Part shown: in pieces, positions 1 through 12,159 of the stretch | Layout of the letters: every line of letters begins with the position of its first letter | Numbering within the stretch: the stretch's first letter is position 1 | Assembly (NCBI RefSeq): GCF_002113885.1 | Contig: NW_018408800.1 | Span: 262,907 to 326,906 of the forward strand | Source: Mizuhopecten yessoensis | Lineage: Eukaryota | Length of the DNA stretch: 64,000 nucleotides | Direction of reading: 5' to 3' | The notes under the pieces: model-generated | What the model was told of the DNA's origin: nothing | Database searches by the model: none | The model's input: the letters and a program-made list of their open reading frames with translations, nothing else | Made by a program: the position numbers and the translations under genes

Positions 1-77
1 CAGTTATGAAAAGTAATCACATTGTATATCTTTTCTTTTGAATAGTACATCCAAAGAACTTTAAGATGTTCACTTAC

Positions 78-3000
78 CACACACGCGACAAAGTAGTCCC
101 ATTTGTCCTCCAACTCGGCCTTTGTGAGGAGCTTTGTGTTAGCTGTAGACACTTTCTCCAGAATATCCAAGCACCTGCTTGAACCATACTTGTCTAGCTC
201 AGCTTTACTGAAACACAATTATCAACTTATCATGTATAACTTTGAACGAGGTCGTCGAATGAACCACAATATTATGTATAATTACATGTAATTCGAATAG
301 AAGAACTGTTTGTATTTTGAACAAAATTAAGAAATATTCATGCTCATAATCATGATTTTATATTGTAAGCATCCTGTCTGGGCTCGTACCTATGATGTGC
401 AAGGATTTGCGCCGACATCTGACTGACTGTAGAACTGCTGGTGGAGGATTGGAGACTTGCAGCGTCAGTAGAGTCGAATGAAGTGGCGTTCTTTCGTTGT
501 TCGTATAACGTCTTACTCTATACAAACGAAAATATGTTATACTCGTTCATTCTAAAACAATATTACGTGATCCTGATTTAGTTGAAGTCAATAACAATAC
601 TTCAACTGAAACGTATTCTTTGCTAATCTATCAAAAAAATTAGCAAATCAAGTTTATGCAGCAATGAAACAAAACATACCTTTAAATACACGCTTCAAAA
701 GGTTGATAAGAAGAAGAATTGTGAAAACATAAAAAATATCTCATTTTAATAAAGTTACTAAAGTACACTTTACAAATAAAAAAATAGCATTACCAGGCCT
801 CGTGTCAAGCATGGAGTTTCGCTGATTTTTGTGAGAACATCGAGGTAAGAACTGTCTTGCACGAAGTTGATAACATCTTCCTTACTAAAGCCACACGCAT
901 AAGGAAGAATATTTGTTACCCTCATCAGGGTAAAGTTGGTGTTGGTTGAAGTTACATCTCCGACAACAGTCTTCACTTTCTTCATCAGAAACCTTGCCTG
1001 AAGACATATTATGTATAATATGGTGTATCCAAGGTCGCAATGTAACGTTAAAACTGGTTCAAAACAGTTCTAAGGTGTTTCAGTTAAAACTGAAACACAT
1101 TTCCCTTTACCCTGTATTATACACGACTTTGAACTAATGATTCTAATAATTATATAACCCATTAATCTTATTCTATACCGACATAACTTTATCATACATA
1201 TTTAGTTTCTCGTACAAACATGATTTTCAGTACTGTTATAGCTGTTTTAAACGTACATAACATATATTATTTCATATCTGTCATGCATATATTCCCGTTT
1301 TAATTGTTAAACCATATATTGTCTTCACCATATACTATCTCTAGGAGCATCAAAACCCATATTCCATCTTATGCTTAAACAATACATTTTCATGTAGAAT
1401 TTTTCTCATAAAAACAAACCTGCTTTGTGTTACATTCAATGGAACTTTCATTGGTTTCTCCGACCAGGTCGTCAAAATCCGATACAGAGGCCTCCTCTAG
1501 GTCTGATATGGGAATCTCCTTGGCGAGAGAAGTTTCCAAAACTTTTCCAAGACCAGCACCACTCTTCATCTGCATAATCAATATGGAAACCTTTATTTTG
1601 ATACCAAGCTCTTTTGAATAACACGGGTATCCTCAATTATCTTGCTGTTAAATTCAACCACCGAACGATCAGTGGTTCTATATAACCTTAAAGGCCTGGT
1701 ATAGCATAAGAGGCAGTTAAAAAGTTAGTTGGTATTGTAAAACCTAGTAGTACGAGAAATAAAGAATACAGAACGAAAAATATTCTGTAAATTATATGTA
1801 TTTTGTTCCTCAAGACGGTGTTATTCTAACGAAAGTATACTGACTACCGGAATATTTTGCCTAGTCATTTGTTTACCTTTTGTCCTGTTAAACTGATATG
1901 CGCTCTGAGTTAATTTTTACGCTAATGACGAAAACAAGTATATTTATCTAGCTTTATACTTTATACTAATAAATGAACTGTTTAAAAAAACCTTATATAC
2001 AATAATATAACCAGGTATACAGTATATCGTCATTTCAAAATACCATTATTTTCCAATTAAAATCTAATCTTTTCATTCTTTTAAGTTAAAGAATGCCCAA
2101 CGGTATTTTTGAACATTGCAAAACACTTATGGAGAGGTTGATCAGTCGAGTGCTTACCTTTTGGATGAACTTTGCTTTGACGGCTTTAGATATTTGCATT
2201 TCTCCACTCTTGAGAGCAGTGTCCAGAGAGGCTACCACACTGTCGGTAAATGAGGCATCTGGTACATTAATCACCTCTGTAGCTTTCAATGCTAACACCG
2301 ATGAACCCATCTTCTCAAGGTCATCGCTGCTGAAGTCTCCCTTTTCAAGTAAAACATCAGTATTAATAGGCGTGGTCATACCATTTTAATAGTAATTGTC
2401 CATATTTTAGCAAGACTATCCTGTGGATTTGCACAAAAGTAGCCAAACCTACTACCAACATTTTATGATTGGTTGCTTTCGTGTTGGTGAAACAGCAGAA
2501 ATGTTTTAAGATGATACGTATATATCTCATAAAATAATTACCTATTATGAAAGGAATGTTAAAAACGAGGTTTACACATATTTTGTATTACTCTTAGTGC
2601 GGAAGAAGAGAGAAGGACTGTTAAGTGACATATCACTAAAGAATACGAAGAAACGAAGCTTCAGACTTAACTTCTTCGGTTTCATTTGTTGAGGATGATC
2701 AAAAACTATTCATGTTCTTTAAAAAGTATTTAAGTAAAAAGAATGGATAATCTTACTTACATTTGGTTTGTTGAAAGCCGTCTTTGCCATTGTCATTATT
2801 GAGCGAGCCTATTTAAGGTAAAACAAGATATTGCATTTGAGGGGATCATACATGAATAATGAAAAAACAGAAATTTAAACAAATTACTGTTTTAAAAAAG
2901 TAGATATAGAAACCGTTAGGTATATTTTATACACTGTTCATGAATTCTCTAATGAAATGGTATGTGAAGTCTTCATTATTGCGTTTATCTCTACCGTAAA

Positions 3001-6000
3001 TTGGAAAGTATAACGTGCTAACTAGCAACCTTATTGAACTATGCGTCTTTATCAATCGTGGTAGGTACCTTTGACCTAGATTTCAAAGTCATGTTTTTGA
3101 TGTCTCCCGAAGTAAGAGCTCCTTGCATAGCTGCAGGTGGCACCTGGTCAAATGCTGCTTTAGGAAAGAAAGGCAGCATGCAACCGATACATTCCAGTTT
3201 GCTGGCGTCAAAGGTTGTTGGGTCGGTGAATGTTGGCAGCTTACGTTGTATAACCTCGGTGATCATTCTCAACTAAAATAAAATACAAGTAGAGTTAGCT
3301 ATGATTACTTCACATTCCACATCAAGTAAGATCTATAAGTAGGAAATCAAAAACCATGAACGTGTTATCGAGTAAATCCTGTTTTTTAGTTCCATGGAAA
3401 AAGAATATTAAACATTTTACAGTACGTTTTTATCTGCGTCATGATGCTTTACTTTTACTTTGATGTCTTCTCATCGCTGTAAGTGTCTTATCTTGTCTTC
3501 TTTTAGTGCCTTTACTTTCTCAAAACCTTTTATTTCATCCAAATATTTTCAAATTTATCTTAATTAACAAGAAGCATAAATTTAAACGAAAATGTAAGAA
3601 TAAGAAAACATTATTTAGCATATCCTTTGCAAATGACATTAAAAACTTACGTCTGCTTTTCCTAGATCTGATGCTTTTTTACATATGTCACATGCAGCCA
3701 GTTCTAACGCTGTCGCATTTAACTCCATCATTCGGGTTTTATTAAACGCAAGAACCTTGATAAAGCTGAAATTATTTATAACATATATAAAATATAATAT
3801 CAAACTTCAAATATCTAATGTAACAAATGTACAACAATACACAAAATACATACAAAATGTGAAGAAATACAACCAATAAACCAATTGAAGATAAAAAAAT
3901 TAAATATGCAAGGGCGTTGAGAACCCATAAAAAAGGAAAGCACAATTTCTATTCATGTAAGAAATAAATTGTCAAAATAAATCAACGGAATATGTTTTAA
4001 GAACTTACTTAACAATTTGGTCTTTGTCCATGACAGTTACATCTAGAGACTTGCTGTTCTTCTCCATGTATTTCATTGCATCCTTAGGGTCAGTCTTACT
4101 CATGTCCACTGATGACATTGCCTATCAAAGTATGAAACAAGTATTTAAAGATGGTACACATATGTCACACTTTTACAGAACGGATTAGACAAAAGACAAT
4201 AGAACCGATACAAAAAGTAAGTGACAAATCGTAACAAATCGTATTAAACTGTTATTGATCGTTAGTAAGTAGATATCGTAAGTTAAATTGAAACTGAAAT
4301 AACATGCCCAGAACCACATCACAGTACTCGGCCTGGTCATACTATAATGACAAAGGGCTCCCAAGTCGTGTGGTTACCCCAAATGCTGAACGTTTAGCAG
4401 AGAGTAACAACTACCCTTTTATGGAAGTTTCTATAGTAAATCCTGTAAATAAGAGTAATCAAAACTTCTTAAAAATAAAAAAATGGTACAATTATGTGTA
4501 CATGGGCAATAAAACCATGCTATAAAAGCACAGAAGAAGCTTAATTTGCATTTAAATGAAAACGTTTTAAATCCGTCGAAAACATTTCTGGTTGTTAGAG
4601 TTTTTTTTAAAAAAATAATCAGTACCTCCTGAACGTCCAATACACCGTCAAAAAAGTTCGGACTTGCACCGCATTTACTTAAAAGGTCCATCCAATCAGA
4701 TTTAATGTTGGCAGGAATGGTCGCCTGTGATTTCATCGCCACCAATTTGTCCTGTGTCCGTTTGGCAATAGTTTGCACTACTTTTACCGACAGCTTTCCA
4801 CAAAAAGGCATCAAAGTCTTCATGCTGTCAACCAATTTAAACCTTGGTATGCATTGTATGAACAAAACTAACATTAGAAAGCAATGAGTTCGTGTCATGG
4901 TTACTGTGTTTCAATACATTATCGGATCAATTCATTATGTATCGGAGCGAAACGCTTCATGTAATTAATTAACTAATAATTAATTACAACATTGATAATC
5001 CTTCTAATTTGTAAATAATTATGGTAGATGATATCAAAATTATTTCCATATATTGTCATATATTTCTGTTTGCCTTATTATCTTAATATACAGTCACAAC
5101 CACTTGTATAAGGTGGTCTTTTACAAGCGCGTGACATATTAAATAATCTTACTTGTCGATAAGAACATCGATGGGTACGCTCTCAAAATGTGTATATGTC
5201 AAAAGTTCAGCGAAGTACGATAGAGTTTTGTTCCACTCGGCGTCGTCCCAGTTTGTGAAGTTGGTAAGATCAACAAGTGCTAATAGGTCTGTCTTAGATA
5301 GACCCTGGCCTCCACCCTGCTGTAAGTATATACACCTCTAATTTATTTTGCTTTACCTGAAGAAACATTTAGTAAGAATCGTTGCTCTTCAATAACGAAC
5401 TACTTTAATTGTTTGATAAATAGACACAACCAAAAATATGACAATAACAAGTTTTAAGAATACTTGTCAATAAAATAACACTTTCACGAAAAACGTTTTC
5501 AAATACCCATGCACAATTTCAATCGTCAACGTGTTTCATATACTGCATGTATGAGTCAAATTATCATTATTTTGTGAATAATTATGAGCTCGAAAATTGT
5601 AAATCATTGTTGTGATGTCTATTTCCCCTGTCATATGTACCAAAAAGACACCCGGTGATACGCGTTATGACGAGAAAATCGACATCGTTACTTGGTCTAA
5701 ATGTCACCTTTCACAGTTGTGTTAAATATCCCTTCACAAGTCATTTCATTTAAATACTTAATTATTAGAGATGACAAAAATACAAAAAAATGTTAATTAT
5801 ATGATATTTATGTTGAATATTTATGCCCTTGAAGAAAACGTATTTGCCAATCACCCGCTGACGTTACAGTAAAATAGCAATAGAGCTTTACAAATTGTAA
5901 TCCAAAAATGCAACATAAAAAGCACAATTGTGCATATTGTGTGTAGAAGGATAACAATAACTTTACCAGCAATATAGTTGAACAGTCGAGGTTCCTGAGG

Positions 6001-9000
6001 ATTGCCGCGCGAACCAGACAGTCAACAGACTTCAGCTTGTCACAGACCAGTTCTTTCTGTGCCTGGTTCATGGTGCTGAATACTACTTTCTCCAGGTTGG
6101 ACTGCCAATGTTAAAAATCAAAATCACATTATTGATTTAAGCACTATATTTATAATGTGACATTTCCGTATGGTAAACATTATAGAGATATTGTCAACAA
6201 TAACATTACTATCAATTTGGTACAATTTTATTAAGTTTTCGCCAGACATACATTTCCGGGTCAAACGAACTATTTGAGCAATATTTTTATTTTACTTTAT
6301 TTATTTCCTGATTTTCCCCCAGGAAACACTTATCTATTGGTTTTGTTAATGCTTGTTTTTACTTTCGCAGTTATTTAACTCATAATTGATTCGCAGGGAT
6401 TTCAATTTCAAACAACAAACATATCGGTTACAGAAACTGTGTCTAGCATGTTTTTGCGTAATATTTAAAGTTTTCACCGTCTAATAACTGTAACTACACA
6501 CTCGAATTTCCCCCAGCATGACTATAGCTTTAATAAATCAGTCCTGAAAAGCAAACCATACCTTGTTGGAATTTTGTTGGAAAAAAATAAAAGTGAAATA
6601 AAAAAAAACGTAATCAACAACAGTGTTTTGAGTGTAAAAATTCAGAGGCCAGACCGGATTTGAAACCTGGACCTCAGATTTGATATTGTCGCTCTAACCG
6701 ATTGAACTGCCTAGTCAATGTATATAATTGGACTTTACTCTCGCATGTTTTCACGAAAGTTAACCAATTTTTCTTATCGATACACACGGAGGTTATCCAT
6801 AATTTTAAGAAGATGGCATTGTACCGTTACTTTTATTACTTTAACTTGCTATAACAAATGTTGTGGCAAATAAAACTTGGAAATGATGTCCTAATTCTAA
6901 TTATAAATAAATTGATCAAATTTTTTAAATTGTCCGGTTTCCCCTTAAATATTTAATATTCTTTATTTATTTGTTGCTATTAAAAGTTTCAAGAAAAACA
7001 TCAAGTACATTGACTTCACAAGAAATGATGCGTTTGATTTGGGTTATAAAGTAATGTGTTTTTACTTTAAAGTACCTATTTTCCACAAGCGCTATACCTG
7101 TAACGAGGCGTATATTTCCTTTGGGAATGTGGCCATGTCGCGTGCTGTGACAGAAGTGGTGTCGTTGAGGAACTCCTTTATCTTCTGTTTAGTCCTTGGT
7201 GACAGCTTTGCCCATATTGTCATGTAGGACGTTAAGCCTTCACAGGACGCCATCTTTGCATTCACAATAAAAGCTGCAATATTGCGAAAACATTATGCAT
7301 AGCATAGCATTTGGGTATAAATGATCATGTATTTTGTATACATAAAGAGCAAAAACAATGTTCGAAATTATAAATAGGTTGTTTGTGATTCCTTAAACTA
7401 TATGTTTTAAGTCGTAAATCAAATTTACTTACTTTTCATATCTGATGTTTCATTATAAGCCTCAACAAGGTTCCGTGGAAGGGATGACAAAAACCTCTGC
7501 TTTATTTGTCCATACTGATCATATGCCATACAGGTAGACGACTTTACGAAGGATTGGCAGTAGCTACATTCCTTTGGACAGCTGTAAGACACGACTGAGC
7601 CTACACTTGGTTGCACTGGAGGACGAGTTGCAGGACGTGATACAGAAGGCCTGTTTCCAGAGGTAGTACGGTTGTTTGTCGGAACAGTCGGCCTGTTAGC
7701 ACCAGTTGGACGGTTGTTTGGTTGAACAGTCGGTCTGTTTACACCGTTGGTGCCGTTGTTTGGTTGAACTGATGATGTGTTTACACCAGTTGGACGGTTG
7801 TTAGGTTGCACAGACGGCCGACTGGCACCAGTGGGCCTATTTGCACCAGTAGGGCGGTTGTTAGGTTGCACAGACGGTCTGTTTACACCGGTAGTGCGGT
7901 TGTTTGGTTGAACTGTCGGTCTGTTTACACCAGTTGGACGGTTGTTAGGTTGCACAGACGGCCGACTGGCACCAGTTGGCCTATTTGCACCAGTAGGGCC
8001 GTTGTTAGGTTGAACAGTCGGTCTGCTTGCACCAGTGGGTCTGTTTGCACCAGTAGGGCGGTTGTTTGACTGAACAGACGGCCTGCTTGCACCAGTTGGT
8101 CTGTTTGCACCTGTAGTGCGGTTGTTTGGCTGAACAGTTGGCCTGTTTGCACCGGTAGGACGGTTGTTTGACTGAGTTGTTCCTTTCGTTCCCTGCTGCT
8201 TTTGTTGTGACGTTACTTTCGTTCCTTGCTGCTTTAGTTGTGAGGATCCTAATTCTATCATAATAAATGTATTCCTTTACAAGGGAAATAATTGGATATA
8301 AAATGAATGAAAGTCATGAATATTAATCTTTTGTAATATATTCTCTTTTGTTTTACGGAGACCAAGCTAAATTTGATTATAATAAATCAATCACAATGTT
8401 AATACATAGGGAATGATACATAGTCGTGTAACTCTTTTGTTTTGTTTTAACAAAAATAAACTTACCTGGAACTGTCAGGAGTACTGCAAAAGAAACAACA
8501 GGTTCATAGTATGAGCAGATAAAACAATTGCCTTGTGTAACCACAAAGTTAAACCTGTTATCATCGGTATATATTTCTTTCGATATTTGGCTAATATATA
8601 GTTTTACACATTTCAGTACGATGAGAGATTGATATGATGTCCGAACCACACTCAACCGTCTGCAATTATAGTTGTGCTGGCAGAAAAACATTAATAACGT
8701 GGTCCTTGTTTGGAAACATTATCATCGTTCCTGTGTCATAGCTGTACGTTGGAATATGTATTGAAAACAGCTGGCAGATCAGACGTTTACCTAGGCGTTA
8801 CGATTTTGAAACAATTATATCGTTCACTTATTGTTTTCATATCTTATATTATAAAAGATAATAAAAAATATGGTATATATTGTATTTGGTTTGTGTTGAC
8901 CATGGACCCTCCTTGATAGCATTTTTTTGGACGTCACTGTGACTTCATTACCACCTTTGTTATTTAAGTTTCTACTATAATGAGATGGGTTTAAAGTGAT

Positions 9001-12000
9001 CACCAAACGAAACGTCCCACCATTAAAGCGTAGGGATGTAGTCATTGACATTCTATGCCCAAAAAACACATTCTATTAATAATGGAGGTTCCTTTTCTGC
9101 ACAATTTATCTTTCCATTTAAATAACATTTCCTCATCAGTACTTCTTATAAGATCAGTTTATTTATATCAGTAGGGATGATATAGTGTATTCTTTATTTA
9201 ATATAAAAAGGTGTCAATATTATGAAATTAAGCTGTAAGGTCAAGTAGACTTGGCCCTTTCCATAGTTTGTCCTTAAGCTTGTAATCGGGTATCGACACA
9301 CTCACGACACTGGCATTGATCCTATTGTGATTATGAGTACCATGACCTGAATATTTAACACTGGTAGCCCAGTTGATAACCTGGTCAGCTCTGTTGAATA
9401 GATTACAGAACAAACGGCATAATGCCTTAACAAACAGCACAGTAATCTTAAATAATACAATAAACATCAATGCATATACTAGTAGGTAGTGATATGGATA
9501 AAACTAACATATTTTTTCTAGATGTCTGACGTAAGCACTTTTTCGAATCTACTATTTAGTAAAGTTTACTATTGATCAGCCTAAAGAAAGATGCTAAGAA
9601 TTAAAACAAATCCTATTTAAGGCACCCGTGAATGCGCCAAACACGAATCGATGTTATTTACCTTGATACCAGCTATTTATAAACTTAAAATATAAAGAAT
9701 ATGGTTGAATAGTCCAATACAACACAACGACAAAAGTAGTTGAAAGCTAATATAAGACAAATTTAGACAAACGTGTTACACAAGTGTTATGATCGCTTTT
9801 ATGTTCTCGTAGTGTATACATATCATTTCTGTGTGCTTTTTGAAGGTCGATATTTTTTTAATACGCTCATGATCGTGCCTTGTTATTTTGTTGCCATTAC
9901 AAAATTCTTAAATTGAGATGTAACACTGCTTTACTTTCATCTAGATTTATATGGCGGGTGTCATCGATAAAGCAGAAGCACTAACCCTTCCGGAACCCAT
10001 AGTCTTATTTCCTTCTACTTTTTTGAGTGTCTCCATGAAAATCTTTCGTTTGTTGATATTTTGCCTTAGATGATATTAGCACACCTGGCACCGAAAGGCC
10101 ATGTGAGCTTATGCCATACTGCGTGGTCCGTCATCCGTCGTCAGTCGGTCAACTTTTTCTTTTGAACGACTTCTTCTGAAGAACTGGAGGACCCAGGGCC
10201 ATGCTATTTGGCCAGTAGGTACATCGGATGGAGTGCTATACAGTTTCCACATTAAAATGACCTTGACCTACTTTCAATGTCACTGGGGTCAAATATGCTA
10301 AAAAATTCAAACAACAATATCCTCAGAGCCATTTGAACTAGAGTCATGATAGTTTGGTATGTTATGTAGACCAGAAGTGCAAATATTTTTTTCATGACAG
10401 TTATAAGGTCAAATGTCAACTTGAAGTGCAAGTCGGGGGTTAAAGGTCAACATGGGTTAAATGCTTTAACAATGTTCTTTTCAAGTTCCATAAGGCCCAG
10501 GGTCATGATATTTGGCCAGTAGTACGGTATCTAGGATGAAGTGCTATGAAGTTTTCTCATTAAAATGCCCTTGGTCTATTGTCAAAGTCATAGGGGTCAA
10601 ATACGTTAAAAATTTCAAACAACAATAGCCTAAGAACCATGATAGTCATGATACTTGGGTATGTTATATAGACCAGCTGTGTGAATTGTTTTCTTTATTA
10701 CAGTAATGAAGTCAAAGGTCATCTTTAAGTGCAAGTCGGGAGTCAAAGGTCAATGTAGATTAAAAGCTGCAAAATCAAAATTTCAAATTTCAAACAACAA
10801 AATCTTCAGAACTGTTTAAGATGTTTAAATGTCTTGTGTTCTAGTTACCAAATTTGGTCTTAAGTTACCTATATGTCAGTTTCATGTTACAAAAGAAACA
10901 GGTGAGCGATACAGGCCCTCTGGGCCTCTTGTCTATTTTAGATCGAATTATGGTTTAATTGACACATCGGTATTCTCTTGTTTTGATTTTTCCAAACTTA
11001 GAGCGGAATTAAAACCCAATAACAAGAACAGAAAAGATATGACAATAAAAAAAATAACATATATTATTTACATTTGCTCTACAATGTTTCTAAAATCTAA
11101 GAGGGAATTTGAATTAAAATATCAATTTATTGTCATATTGCAAATAATTATTCATATCAAGCTACCGAGCGTTATTCGATTCATCTGCAGTCCTGTTCAA
11201 GTTAATAACTCTGAATAGAATTCTGTTTAATGCTTAAATAAAACGGAAGGAAAACTGTGTTGTTCGGAAGAGTAAGTGTTTTCTAAACATCAGTCGTGAA
11301 TATTTTTGTCAAACCTACAGTTAGATGTCATATTATTCTAGCGTCTCTATGTAATGCCTAAATGTTTGTATTATTTAACGAATTGTGTTTTTATCCAGAA
11401 CATTCTAATACGTGGGGCATGCTTGGAAGTAGTGCATATACTACTGTTAAAAAATCATTTTCTGTTTCATTCTGGTGATCAAACATTGAATTTTGTGGAT
11501 TAATATCATTTATAAAAAAAAGTTACATTTAACATTTTCACTTGGTTCGACTTTCTGGCATTAAAGTATCGCCGATATAAGATAATATCTTTCGTTGGAA
11601 CACAATATGATAGCTTCAAAATCGGGTAGAGAACTGGAATACAAGATAAACCCAAGTTGTCGGACAGGTGCGCCACCTGACCATCCTATTTCATTACAAA
11701 ATCACCTAAGATCTTTTTCTTTTATGAACGTGAACGTTTTAAAAGGTGTTTAATATTATTGAGCACATGTAAAACAAGGCATGTAAAGTCTCAACATAGA
11801 TATCTATATGTTATCAGAGTAAAACTTTCAAAAACTCAAAATATCTGACGTTTTAATATTGTATAATATATAATTTATAATGTATACAAAAATGTTATAT
11901 TTGATGATATAATTAATGAATGCTATGTACTTATGGTATTTACTTAAGCAACTTAACCGACAAATCGTTATAGAGCTAATTCCAATGAAAATAATAATTA

Positions 12001-12119
12001 GGAAACTTTTCCTTAATTCTTTCAAATCAGTAAAACAATATTTGAAAATAAATCGCTATAAATTATAAGATGCATTTGCACTTACCAGTAACAAACAGAA
12101 GGAGATACAAGCACTTCAT
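78..12119 (-). CDS. Gene A: otoancorin/stereocilin/mesothelin-family secreted protein, 3'-partial (continues past position 1); 16 exons in window
   Basis: Exons (minus, GT-AG, phase-consistent): 12086-12119, 8466-8483, 7433-8248, 7098-7273, 5967-6101, 5153-5316 (or 5319, NAGNAG), 4626-4824, 4009-4121, 3651-3765, 3069-3272, 2761-2808, 2158-2340, 1420-1569, 794-997, 390-517, 78-207. The N-terminus MKCLYLLLFVTVLLTVPG looks like a signal peptide. Each exon has a homologous exon of the same or similar size in gene B. Family assignment is by paralogy to B. Confidence 0.85.
7433..8248 (-). CDS. Gene A exon 3: low-complexity Pro/Asn/Thr/Arg repeat (RPTGAN / RPSVQPNN) followed by the Cys motif YSCPKECSYC
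   Basis: ORF 7425-8261. Phase-1 acceptor at 8249-8250 and donor GTAAGT after 7433. The Cys motif matches gene B (YKCPKSCVYC). Confidence 0.85.
9950..10985 (+). mobile_element. Old SINE-like dispersed repeat split by the HINE insertion
   Basis: 9970-10075 joined to 10933-10980 aligns with the reverse complement of ~61875-62035. Confidence 0.55.
10076..10932 (+). mobile_element. Non-autonomous Helentron/HINE-like element (gene A intron 1)
   Basis: 5' TTAGCACACCTG with sub-terminal inverted partner CAGGTGAGCG (~10899-10908), 3' hairpin GGCCC-TCT-GGGCC then CTTGT, CCGT-like microsatellite near the 5' end, and an internal ~300-bp duplication (~10190-10460 vs ~10490-10765). This matches my recollection of bivalve HINEs. 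Confidence 0.7.
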
Positions 12120-12138
12120 CTTGACCAGCAGTTGATGT

Positions 12139-12159
12139 ATCCCCGACCAGCGGGGACTT
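12139..12159 (-). promoter_or_regulatory. Conserved hairpin/palindrome 20 nt upstream of gene A ATG
   Basis: Minus strand reads AAG-TCCCCG-CTGGT-CGGGGA-T; counterpart upstream of gene B. Confidence 0.55.

Noticed and set aside
6645-6716. tRNA-like sequence on the minus strand (similar remnant near 45885-45925)
   Set aside because: Degenerate boxes and no clean cloverleaf; probably decayed repeat heads.
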